Assembly: GCA_964016885.1 (NCBI GenBank)
Contig: OZ024740.1
Span: forward strand, 81,282,001-81,346,000
From: Eledone cirrhosa
Taxonomy: Eukaryota
Length of the DNA stretch: 64,000 nt
Direction of reading: 5' to 3'
The position numbers and the translations under genes were made by a program. Shown here piece by piece: positions 28,636 through 40,223 of the stretch (position 1 is its first letter; each line of letters starts with the position of its first letter). The notes under the pieces were generated by a model that did no database searches, had not been told where the DNA came from, and saw only the letters and a program-made list of their open reading frames with translations.

Positions 28636-29508
28636 GTATATGTGTGTATTTTATATATGTGTATGTATATGTATGTATATATTTTATGTATATATGTTTA
28701 TGTATGTGTATTTTATATGTGTATATGTATGTATGTTTTATGTGTGTATATATTTTATGTATGTGTGTATTTTATGTATATATATTTTTTTTTTATTTAT
28801 TTTATATGTATGTATTTTATATATATGTGTGTTCTGTGTATGTATATATATATTATATATATATATGTGTACTTGTGCGTACATACATGCGTGCATATAT
28901 ATATATACACACCTGTATGGATTTGTGTGTGTAGATGTGTGTGTCTGAGGGGGTAGGTGTGAGTGTATGTACAAGTCAACCAGCATAAACCTTTTATTTC
29001 TAAATTTTCTAAACTATCTTAGTATTGGACTCTAACCATTATATTAAGTATTAACACACACACACATTTTGTATGTGTGGATGTGTGTGTGTGTCTGTGG
29101 AAGTGGGTGTGAGTGTAGTGCAAGCCAACCTACATAAGTCTTTTTATTTGTAAATTTTCTACTCCCACCAAAAATTTCAGTAGCACCACTCCACATAAAT
29201 TCCTCAATTTAAGAATGACCTGTAGTATCTATTTCATAGTGTTAACCTTACTTGAATATATATCTGACCAAGAATGCCTTTTGTGAAAATCAGTCATATG
29301 GAACTATTGTCATCCTGCCTGACGGTTTGAACTTTACAAAACCACCTGCCTCTTTGATGTCAAATACCAACCCTACTACCATCTACAAACTGACCAATGA
29401 GAATCTAAACTATTCCTGCTGACAACATTAAATTATTCCTAACAAGCTCATATGTCCCTAGGGTCTGATACCATCAAAACTATAAACACAGAGCTGGCAT
29501 AACTAAGA

Positions 29509-29568
29509 ACTGACCAACTGATGAGGTCATAGCCATTCAATGGCAATCATCGAAATATATATAGCAGT
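29509..29568 (+). ncRNA. Minimal type-I hammerhead ribozyme, imperfect stem I
   Basis: CTGATGA-stem II (GCCATT/AATGGC)-GAAA-TATATA-TA-GCAGT, followed by AATAAA. Confidence 0.65.
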
Positions 29569-29609
29569 AAATAAAGGATTATGAGTTCATGCAATTGACT
29601 TATGTTTCG

Positions 29610-29645
<36 letters not shown>

Positions 29646-30158
29646 GTGCGACCTGCAGTATTTTTCTCTATATTTTAATACATATATTTACCACTGCGAT
29701 TCTGTGTTTTTTTCTCTCTCTCTTACTGTTCCCCCATTCTCTCTGTTTCTCCCCCTCTGTCTTGTCCGTTAACTCTTCCTCACACTTTCACTCACTCACT
29801 GTTTTTCTCCCTCTTCTCTTCATTTCATCCTGCACTCACGAACGCTATTTTTTCTCTCTCTGCTCAATAGCTTTCGTTTGTGTTGGTACTATTCTCTCAG
29901 CTCTCATATATTCACCTAGCTTATGCTAAACGAATAATTTTTGAAGCTTGTTTCTCCCCTAAGTTATGCTCTATTTTCTGTTGTTCTCCTGTCTCACTCG
30001 CTTTACGCGTTTTAATTGTCCTAATAACTTATTTTGGTTATTATTGCACCGAAGTGAGATATATGATTTTTAATGCAATGAAATATCTATGATCTTCGGC
30101 AAATCACTGATGAGGGACTTATTTTATTACATGTTACCATGTGCGACCTGCAGTATTT

Positions 30159-30197
<39 letters not shown>

Positions 30198-30314
30198 CTA
30201 CATATCGATGCAATTCACTTCAAGCACTCAATATAACACTGCTTCTTCAAAATAAGGATGACTATTTATATTTAGAATGAGGAAAATGCGAAGTTGTAGA
30301 TGTTATTAAAGATT

Positions 30315-30404
30315 CTTTGCCTTTCATTCTTACGGGGTCGATGAAATAAAGTACCAGTAATGCACTGGTGAATTGTTGGCATTGTGCCAAAAGTAGAAAC
30401 AATT
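30315..30404 (+). mobile_element. 5'-truncated Meta-domain SINE copy
   Basis: CTTTGCCTTTCATTCTTACGGGGTCGATG...GTGCCAAAAGTAGAAACAATT, with TTATTAAA on both sides. Confidence 0.8.
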
Positions 30405-31389
30405 ATTAAATATGATTTAACGGTGTCAGTAGGACTACTAGAAAGAGCAGCAGACATAATAGAAATCATCCATTTAAACATCACCTAAATTGAATGACGT
30501 CTCCTTATAATATATAACCAGCAATTTCTCTGTCTGTCTGTCCGACAGTGGAAACACGTGCGCACGTGCGAATGTTTTTTGCGCACGCGACGCGTAGAGA
30601 GAGAGTGAGAGTGAAAGAAAGAGACAGACTACAAGAGGGGGATAGCGGGAGGGAGAGAGGAGGGAATTGACGAGTGCTACAGAAACATATATACATTTCT
30701 GTGTGTGTGTAATATATATATATATACACACACATAAATATATATATATATATACTAGCTGAATGACCCGGCGTTGCCCGGGTTACTGCTGTTTTATTCA
30801 GATTAGGAAAGAATAAATATGAAGAATTTTTTTTTCTCATATTCACTTTACATAAAATATGTCAAAGTTGTAATGATAATAGAATTTAGAAATGAAAATC
30901 TCTTCAACCCGGTTTTACCATCTTCTTTTCTCAACCAAGAAACCAACAAAAATCACAAAAAGGGAACACAAAAAAATATATATATTAAGAATAGCAAACA
31001 GAAATCGTAATAAATTTTCTGTCGAAAACAAAAAACAGCCAAAAAACAGTTTTTTTTTAACGGATGATAAAGCACCGTAAAGTTGTTGGAAGAGCCTGAT
31101 AGAATGAGATGGGCAACAGCCAGAAGAACAGCAGCAGCAGTATTTCGAACTGTCCACCATTTAGGGTCGTAATCTTCAGTTTCGATATCAGATTTATGAG
31201 AGAGGTATATCGTGAATTATTGAGTTTTATCGATTTTTTTGCGTAATTGGGGATCAATTTTAAATATATAAATGCTGCATGACCTAATTGAAGCTATTTT
31301 GAATATTGATAAGTAATTTTCCATTGAAGGGGGTGTTTTGTTTTAATCGTATAGAAAAGGAACATGCACACACACTCGCTTTTATAGAT

Positions 31390-31576
31390 AATTGTTTCTA
31401 TTTTAGGCACAAGGCCAGCAATTACCCAGTGCATTACTGGTACTTTATTTTATCGACCCCGTAAGGATGAAAGGCAAAGTCAACCTCGGCGGGATTTGAA
31501 CTCAGATCGTAAAGGGACGTAACTATGCTAGAAAGCATGGCGTCCGATCCTCTACTGATACTGCCAATCCACCGCC
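31390..31576 (-). mobile_element. SINE inserted in Helitron 3
   Basis: Full SINE flanked by TCGCTTTTATAGATAAT. Confidence 0.9.
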
Positions 31577-31597
31577 CATTTACTCGCTTTTATAGAT

Positions 31598-31781
31598 AAT
31601 TGTTTCTACTTTTGGCACAAGGCCAGCAATTACCCAGTGCATTACTGGTACTTTATTTTATCGACCCCGTAAGGATGAAAGGCAAAGTCAACCTCGGCGG
31701 GATTTGAACTCAGATCGTAAAGGGACGTAACTATGCTGGAAAGCATGGCGTCCGATCCTCTACCGATACTGCCAATCCACC
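31598..31781 (-). mobile_element. Second SINE at the same site in Helitron 3
   Basis: SINE flanked by the same 17-bp target sequence. Confidence 0.9.
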
Positions 31782-32577
31782 AATTCGCTTTTATAGATAA
31801 TGATATATATATATATCTGTATGTGAGTGTGTGTATGTGTTTGTATATATATAAACTCTTTTTGTGTTAAATCATCTCAGTGGTAATGCACGTTACAGGA
31901 CCTCTTTGTAGACTATGTTGCGGGTCATACAGTTGGGTGTGTATGAAAAAAGGGAGCCCTTACTCCCAACTCGCGAGCAGGCAACATAAAGTTGGCCATG
32001 AGCAAAGCTGGGCTCTTTTAGATGAATGCCCGCCACGGACAAAGTTTGACCCTGAGATTTGTTTATGGTGATCGCGAAGCAGGGCCTTACGGGAAACTGA
32101 TGTCGCCTAAAACCTATCGGGATGTCTGTGGTCGAGGGTTGGATGCTTAGCCTTGGGATCATGACGGTCTCACCTTTACCACAACCAGTTAAAATGGTTG
32201 CTTTAATGAGATGGTTCGTCATTGATTTGACTACTATTCGAGTGCCGTTGCACTGTTTTGCAGGGGCGCATGTTACGCATAAGCATAATCGGACTGCCGA
32301 CTTTGAGCTTCAGGATGTGGGGTGGGAGACCTGGGGGGTCAAGGCTATTCAAAAACTGTACTGGGTAATCCGTCGCCTCATGTGGATCGGTGGACACGGT
32401 CTATAGACTTAAACATTTTCTCTTGGGCTGGAATCTTGCCGAGTAGCTCTTCGTTGAGAGCATTAGCAGCAGAGTTTTTGGGGGCTAATCTAAGTTAGTG
32501 TAGTTAACCTGTAGGTTTGGAAAAACAGCTTCTAAAAGGGCATGAGGACTGTCAACTGTATTACTGACAGATGCCAG

Positions 32578-33520
32578 TTTCTTGGTCAGTGTCCAAGTCT
32601 CAGACCCATACAGCAGCACAGACTCCACTACAGCAGTGAAGAGGCGGACTTTCAGGTCTCTACGAAGGTCCGACTTCCACAGCGATCTCAAGCTGTGGCA
32701 CGCCGCCCAGGCCTTGCTCTTCCTCTCAACCACATCATCTTCCGTATTACCAATCTTTGCTCCCAAATACAGGAAGCCCTCAAAAGTTATAGCGGCTTCC
32801 CGCCTACATTAGTGATCCCCTCTGGCTTCTCAACATTCTCTACCAGATATATTGTTTTAGTCTCATTCATTCTCAGCCCCACACTCATCGACACAGTCTC
32901 AACTTCCCGCATTAAATCCTCTGCCTCCTTCACTGTATTTGTCACTAAAATTATGTCGTCGGCAAATTCAGCATCCAATACCTTTTTCGCCCTAACTCTC
33001 CTGCTCTGAGCCGGTGCTACAGTAAAGCCAGAATCCTGGTGTTTCTCCAGTGCAAGGCGCATACAATAGTCCACTACGATGATAAAAAGGTAGGGAGCCA
33101 ATGTATCTCCCTGGAGCACTCCAGCCAGTATCTCAAAGAACTCTGTCATCTCATCAGGTGTAATGACTTGGGCTTTGGTGTTGGTGTAGAGCAGTGATAT
33201 CAGGTCCACTATCTTCTTGGGGATTCCATAAGCCTGTAAGATCTTCATCAGGCAGTAACGGTCCACAGAATCAAAGGAGACTGAGGTTAGCTGGACATGC
33301 TCACCGACATCCAGAGTTGACATTGCACTCAGTACTCCTTTGGGAGCCCCTACATGGACACACAAAAGAGGAAGACCAAGGTTAACGTATGTTGATGCCC
33401 TAAGGACAGACACTGGTCTGTTGGAGTAGCAGGACATGGCAGCGATAGTGAGGGAAAGAGACTGCTGGAGAGAACTCGTCCATGGATCTCGGGAATTTTA
33501 CCCGCCTTAGATAGATAGAT
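32578..33520. mobile_element. RTE-clade LINE 3' portion with a 5' inversion
   Basis: Minus 33277-32578: FDSVDR, GVLQGDTLAPYLF, EFADDI, VESVLLYGSETWTLTK. Plus 33278-33520: RLRLAGHAHRH..LLWEP.HG..RGRP and a (TAGA)n tail. Confidence 0.88.
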
Positions 33521-33721
33521 ATATACATACACAAACATTTACCTATATTTATATATGAACATATATATATAAATAAGTATATATATATATATATATTAGA
33601 AAGTGAGGCTTTTTTTTTACAAAATGAAAAATAACCGAGGTGTCCTACACGAGTGGAATAATAAAGAAAAAGAGATGAAATCGAAAATGCAACTGAAGTC
33701 TTATTTTTTTTAAAAATATAT

Positions 33722-34289
33722 ATATTTATTTGGTTCCTTTACCGGTTTCGCAGTTCTTCTGCGTTTCAAAAGGTGAGTTGAGATGGAGGGTCTGTGGTTT
33801 TTCTCACATCTGGTTGGTCTCTAAATGTTACTTGTTTTATATGGAAAAAGTGGCTCGAAAGCCAGATTTTTCGAGAAGTAATTTGATTGGTTTGTCATTA
33901 ATTATTATAAATTTCGCGCCAGTTCGCGTTACAATAGTTCTTCAAATAAGAGAGGGGGGGGGGGGTTTGTCACAGGTTGTTTTTTCATATATGAGTGTTT
34001 GAATTTCTTTTTACTTGAAAAAATGAGGCTCACGAAGGCTTTTTTTTGGTTGGTTATAAATGAAATTTGGCTGTCACGTGAACAAGTTTTCATTACATTT
34101 TTACGCCCTTATTTGGAAAACTATTCTGTAGTCTTTATAGTGAATGTTATGACTATGGAGAGATAGTGGTCAAGGGAAAAGGGATTGGGAGAAATGTTCT
34201 GGTTCAGTGAATATGGCCAGCTGCCAGAGTTCAGGTGTCAGAGTTCAGATTTTCTATTGAGACTGAAGATATGTGTTTATTTGTGTGCT

Positions 34290-34320
<31 letters not shown>

Positions 34321-36527
34321 ATGTGTGTATTGGAAGATGATTCTATTAGTAGAGATGGGGGAGGGAGTTGTGTGTGTGTGTATATGGGTGTTATGTGTGT
34401 GTGTGCGGGTATGTTAAGATGGAGAGAATATATATTTTGTGTGTGTGTATATATATATGTGTGTAGGAAAGTGGTTCTATTAGTAGAAATGGGGAGGGAG
34501 TTGTAGGTGTGGGGGTTGTTATGTGTGTGTATGGGTGTTATGTGTGTGGGAGTATGGTTAGCATGTTAAGAGGAAGAGAATATATATATATATATATTGT
34601 GTGTGTGTGTGTAGGAAAGTGATTCCTTTAGTAGGAATATTTTTGAATGAACATATTTTCCTTACTTTTTCGTGTTTGCTGTTGTATTGCCAGTGCAAAC
34701 GTATGTTAAGGTTTATTTAGTTCGGGTTTTTATTTTCTAAAGTAGAAGGTGTTATGTGTGAGTGTGTATGTCATATTGTGGTGTTGACATAATGTATATT
34801 AAACCTTATTTAATGTTGGTCTATATTTTTGAATAAACATATTTTCCTTATTTATTCGCATTTGTTCTGTTGTATTGTTAGCGCAAAGGTAAAATTGGAA
34901 GACTTGGAATTTGGGTGTCTTATTACTTGCACAAATGTCTAGATGTGCACTTAGTGGTATCTGTCTCGTGGTTGGATCTCGTAATTGTTGGCGATGAACT
35001 GTCATTCTGTTTCTGAGTGTGAGTTTAGTTTGTCCTATATAATCTTCATTGCATCCTTTACATTTAATGGCATAAATTAGATTTTTTGATGAGCAAGTGA
35101 AGTGATTTTTTACAGTAAAATTTTGTCCTGATTTAAATATATACGTGTTGCCTTCAATGAGGTGAGTGCAGGTTCCACAATTAGAGCGGATACATTTTTT
35201 TATACTTGGTTGTGGGTTTGTGGTAGGTAATTTGGCATTGGTGAGTAATGTTTTCAGTGATTTTGGTTGTCTTTGGCTTTTGATTATTTTGTGTGTTTCA
35301 AGGGCTTTTTTCATTCTTGGGTTTTGTTTTAGTAGTGGGATGTTATTGTGAATAGTGTTGTAAGCTTCCGCATTTCTTGGGTTGTGTGTTGAGATATATG
35401 ATAGAATATTGGACGTACCTTGAATTTGTTTCTGTTTCCGTAATTCATCAATGCCTATTGCTTTAGCCCTTTCTATTCCATTATTTATTAGTAATAGTGG
35501 GTACTCTCTCTCAAGTAGAATTTCCTTTAATTCTTGAAGTCTTTTATTTCGCGTTTCATAATTGGAGACAATTGTGCAAATTCTTCTTGCTAGGTTAAAA
35601 GGAATGTTCGTCTTCGTGTGCTTTGGTTGGTTGGAGGTGAATAGCAGATATTGTTTGGAATCTGTTGGTTTGTAGTGTATGTCAGTTTCGATATTTGTGT
35701 CTTTTTTGTGATTAAGATGTCCAGAAATGGGAGTTGATCTTGGCTGTATTCCATTGTGAATTGGATGTGGTTATTGATGCCGTTAATTCAGTTTTTGAAA
35801 TCCTTCAGTTGGTCGAGTGTGTGGGACCAAAGAATGAGGCAATCATCCAAGTAGCGTTTCCAATTCTCTGATAAATATGTGTGGAAGTTCAATCCGTATT
35901 TTGATTTGGACTGTTCATATATCTGGACTTCTAAGTATGCCATGACTAAGTTGGCATAAGTTGGAGCGGATTTTGTGGCCATCGCAGTCCCCGATATTTG
36001 CTTGTAAGTATTGCCATCGAAATCAAAAAAGTTGTTCTGTAGGATGAAATTTAATCCCTCGGTGATGAAGCTTTTTTCTATTCTGTCAGGTATCTCATTG
36101 GGATATTTCTCTAGCCAGTATCCTATTGCTTCTAGTCCGTATTGGTGTGGGATCGTTGTGTAGAGATTCACTACATCGAAAGACACAATAATAGTGTCGT
36201 TGTTGACATGTTTGGGGAGGTGGTTTAAGAGGTCCAGATCGTCTCTTACAAGGCTTGGTATGTGTTTCAGTATTGGTTTCAGTAGTATGTCTATAAAGTT
36301 GCTCAATCTGTGTGTTTCACATTGTGGGCCCGCTACAATTGGTCTTAATTTAAGGTCTGTGGGGTATTGTGTGTTCACGCAGGCTGAGGTGGATTGTTTA
36401 CAGGCATCGTTGATTATTTTACATTTGTGGATCTTCGGAAGTCCGTAAAGGTTGCTGGTTTAGTATTCAAAATTTGTTAAATAATCGCGTTCCTTTTTAG
36501 TTAGGTCTTCCTGGTATCGATAAATCA
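33722..36527 (-). mobile_element. Penelope-like element 2 (RT plus GIY-YIG, Neptune-like Cys linker), 5'-truncated
   Basis: GLPKIHK, LRPIV, FDVVNLYT, GTAMATKSAPTYANL, RYLDD; C..SNCGTC, LIYAIKC..C..YIGQT; terminal hammerhead. Confidence 0.92.
33736..33773 (-). ncRNA. Variant minimal hammerhead ribozyme (U3-A8, C at position 9)
   Basis: CCTT-TTGAAAC-GCAG aagaa CTGC-GAAA-CCGG-TA-AAGG, then AATAAA. Confidence 0.75.
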
Positions 36528-36560
36528 GTGTATATATATATATATATATGTATATATATA

Positions 36561-36631
<71 letters not shown>

Positions 36632-36637
<6 letters not shown>

Positions 36638-36705
36638 TGTATTGAAAATACACTATATATACATATATATATATATATATATAGTGTATTTTCAATACAC
36701 TGTAT
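36632..36705. repeat. Perfect 24-bp inverted repeat around a (TA)n spacer
   Basis: ATACAGTGTATTGAAAATACACTA ... TAGTGTATTTTCAATACACTGTAT. Confidence 0.9.
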
Positions 36706-38670
36706 GCTTAATTAAAAGCATTTAGAAGACCTTATGCTATTATTTTAGAGTAGTGATAGTTTCACTTACTTTAATTTTCAGCAAACAGAGGTGATAAAGC
36801 CGACAGAGCCCTGTTTCGCATTTGTTGATGCTTATCAAGGCTAACTAATCCTCCTCTTTGCTGAAAATCATGGATGTTTGATTCTTATAGAATTCTAGTA
36901 AATAATCAGGAACTGATTATACAGAGCGGTTGCCGGTCTTGTCTGGTGGTGTGTCTTTTGGTTAGCTGTCCTGAGTGGGCTAGTTGGATATCTAGTCCCT
37001 CTCGTCTGATAGCTCTGCGGATGGCTGTTGTTGTTTCGTCACTGAAGTGTAGGAGCTTCCGGAAGCAAGCGTTAGTGCCTCGGATGTGGTGTCCTTTGTT
37101 CTTTCTGGCACGGTTTGTAGTGGATGTCGTGTATACGTTCAGTTTGAGTACTTTCAGGAAATGTGTGGTGTGTGTGTCTCGGTCTCTAACGTGGGTGCAT
37201 TTGTTCCGGATCGTTTTAGTTCGTTCCTTATGTATCCGAACTTAGCGCCGGCTGGGAGGGCGATCTGAAATGTACGAACAGGTCCCTGCTGGCGGCTTTT
37301 TTATAGAAGTGGATGTTACCTTCCTCTGTTACCCTGAGGTGGAAGTCCAGCAGGGATAGACATCCGCGGTCATCGGGGTGTTCCATGCTGAACTTTATAC
37401 TGGCGTCCATGCTGGAGAATGTTGTGTACATTTTATCCGCCTCCTCATGGAATGATGTAAGGAAGAGTATGTCATCTACATATCGGGTGAAGAAGGTATG
37501 GCAATGGCAGGTGTTGAGGGCTCGGCATTCTAGCTGGTTCATATAGCTGATAGCCAGCAGGCCCGATAGCCTGGATCCCATGGGTAATCCTGTGTCCGTC
37601 TGTATGTGTGGTGGTGGAAGGTGAAGTACGTATTGTCCACTGTGAAGGACAAAAGCTGGTGTATGTCCGTCGGATGTAGGCCGTAGCAGTGGATGTCCTC
37701 TTCGACCACGCATTTAGTTTAAGTTGTTCTGGGTGGAGTTGGTGTAGTCTAAGTATGACTTCGTCGGAGTTACTGACATGCCCGGGAAAGGTGGAGAGTA
37801 GAGGCTTGAGGACATGGGAGAGGAGCCAGGAGATTTTGTATAGGCGTCCTTCTATGCTAGAGACGATGGGTCTTATTTGTGTCTTAGTACTATTCTTGTG
37901 GGTCTTGATGAGGTGGTAGAAAGTGGGCAGTCTGCTATTTCTTGTGGTGTAGTTGAGCTTAACTTTATTTGGTAGTTGTCTTCTCCTACAGATGTCGAAC
38001 CAGATGGAGTTGGTCCGTTTTTCGATCTGGGCTGCAGTCATGTCCGGGATCTCTGTATATAGTTCATTGTCGCTTATGTGTTCAAAGGCTAGGTTGTTGT
38101 ATGTGGCTTGAGAGATGACGCAAACACTTTACCTTTGTCGGATGGTAAGTATATAAGTTCCATATTCAGTAGGTTCTTCAGGACGAGTTGTTGTGTCCTG
38201 GAGAGGTTTGGGGCTATCTTGCTCTGTTTCCGTAAGATGTTGAAAACGGAATGTTTTAGCTTCGAGAATTTGTCTTTAAGCTTGCGGTTGGCATGCGGTG
38301 GACAGAGTGGGCTATCCAGTTGGTATATCGGGAGTCTAGGTTTGTTAGATTCTGAGGTGTTGTTGTCGAGAGTCGATATCCATTTTAGTTGGTAGGCAGC
38401 CCAACACAAATTCGTTTCTATGTCGGGCCATAATTTGTCGTCCAGTCTCTGTTTCAATATGAACTTGGGACCCAGGCTGAGGATGTCTAATTCCTCTCGG
38501 GAGAGGGATCCTGTCAAGTCTGTGACGAGTTCTTTTACGTCAAGTGTGTTGGTGGTCGGGGCGCCGCTATGTTCGGTGTTGGTAACGTCTTGTTCGCCTC
38601 TGTTGGTGCTTAGAGTTGGGATGTTGTTAAGACGGTTAGCCGTACTGAGTTGGAGAATTTTTTTACGTTA
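36706..38670 (-). mobile_element. Penelope-like element 3, RT remnant with no GIY-YIG in its own orientation
   Basis: LSLGPKF, PSDKG, PTFYHLIKTHK..RPIVS, GLPMGSRLSGLLA, RYVDD, LLDF; hammerhead near the 3' end. Confidence 0.88.
36798..36842 (-). ncRNA. Type-I hammerhead ribozyme, U3-A8 variant
   Basis: AGCC-TTGATAA-GCAT caacaa ATGC-GAAA-CAG ggct CTG-TC-GGCT; all three stems pair; GUC cleavage triplet. Confidence 0.88.
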
Positions 38671-38704
38671 GGCGTACTTTCTCGTAGTCCCGGCGATGGT
38701 GGTA

Positions 38705-39560
38705 TGACCTATCTATAGCGGCGTATACAGATTAGAGTGCGACAAACGCAGCAACTTCTACGTAGTTAGCACCAACAGACCACTCCACATAAGAATAAAA
38801 GAACACCTCAATACTAACGCTTTCTCATTTAAGAAAAACCTAGTGAAATGCAAAAACAAAGACAAAACCATAACAGTTAGGATAGAAACTAAGGAAAGAA
38901 ACCTCGGCAATCTTAGAATTAAGGAAGCAGTAATTATAGACAAAACACTACCACAAATCAATAATAGACTAGAACTCAACACCCAATGTATAACTTGATA
39001 GAGCATCTAGCCCCATACTTACATCCCCTACCACACACACACGCAGACACACACACGCTTACACCTCCACTTATTCTCTCTCACACACACACATACACAC
39101 ACAAAGACCTGTTCTAACACGAGAGAACATCTATCCCCCCACATTTACGTATAGACATATCTTCTCACACTCACATACACACACACACATACGTACACAT
39201 TCACGCATTCTCCCACACATTTAAACAGACATGTACAAAAAAAACTCTTTTAAACGGAGATTACTCTTTATCCACCTAACCTTAACTCTTTGACATTAGA
39301 GATAGAACAGTAACTCTATACCATTTCCTGTCAGCATGACTTGGCAAGCTATTTAGAACACTGGTTTAACCGCTTTACTTCCTTCCGAAGAAGAGATATT
39401 ATCTCGACAATTAAGGACATTTAAATAAATCTAAGGTAAAAGACTAATTGTCAACAATATCTTTTGCATTTGCATATTTTTTTTATTCTATGTCCATACC
39501 TGTATTGTTTGGGCTTTACAAATTCATACGTTTATACCTCATTACACAATGCTTCAAGTG
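38705..39560 (+). mobile_element. PLE GIY-YIG endonuclease fragment plus 3' region with a decayed hammerhead
   Basis: SGVYRLECDKRSNFYVVSTNRPLHIRIKEH...LRIKEAVII....PQINNR; CCTT-CCGAAGA-AGAGAT att ATCTC-GAC..AAGG at 39380-39417. Confidence 0.8.
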
Positions 39561-39754
39561 AACTATAACTTCCTCCATATATATATATATATATGTATAC
39601 AGACGTACAGTAGTATGTATATATATTCATACATGCACACATATATATATGTACGTATGTTATAATGCTCGGTTTGTTTGTAAACAAACAGCTCGAATTA
39701 AGGCGTAGTGTTTAGCAGCCATCGTTGCTCTTTTGTTCAACACTGACAAAGGAA

Positions 39755-39795
39755 CAATGTACTAGTTTCAAGCTTATTAGTTATCGTCAGCACCG
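39755..39795 (-). ncRNA. Minimal type-I hammerhead ribozyme
   Basis: CGGTG-CTGACGA-TAACT aata AGCTT-GAAA-CTAG-TA-CATTG. Confidence 0.8.
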
Positions 39796-40182
39796 TATAC
39801 CTTCCTGCCAGATGATTGAACGTCTGAAAGTATACACTTTCCTTATGCATATTAACTGCTGAGCAGCCTAATTTGCATATCGAGTGAGTTAATCGACCGG
39901 GCGCACCGAAAAAGATAAACATAAAAAGTGAAACGAAATTTCATTTCTTATTCTTAGTACGGCTGTTACTTAAATATAAGTATGTATACGTACATACATA
40001 TATGTATACAGACGTACAGTAGTATGTATATATATACATACACGCACACATATATAAATTTACGTATGGATTTACCGAACATTTATTATAATGCTCGGTT
40101 TGTTTGTAAAAAAACATCCCGAATTAAGCCGTACATTGTTTAGCAACCATCGTTGCCCTTTTGTTCAACACTTTAAAAGGAA

Positions 40183-40223
40183 CGATGTACTAGTTTCAAG
40201 TTTATTAGCTATCGTCAGCACCG
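40183..40223 (-). ncRNA. Minimal type-I hammerhead ribozyme
   Basis: CGGTG-CTGACGA-TAGCT aata AACTT-GAAA-CTAG-TA-CATCG. Confidence 0.8.

Larger units (their letters stand above)
30755..32577 (-). mobile_element. Helitron 3, inverted 3' fragment of the Helitron 1 family
   Basis: Near-identical reverse complement of 19280-20715 including hairpin and CTAG; helicase C-terminus TINKSQGQT and HGQLYVACSRV. Confidence 0.95.

Noticed and set aside
30500-30700. Helitron-like 5' end with the palindrome CACGTGCGCACGTG
   Set aside because: No matching 3' end or second copy in the window.
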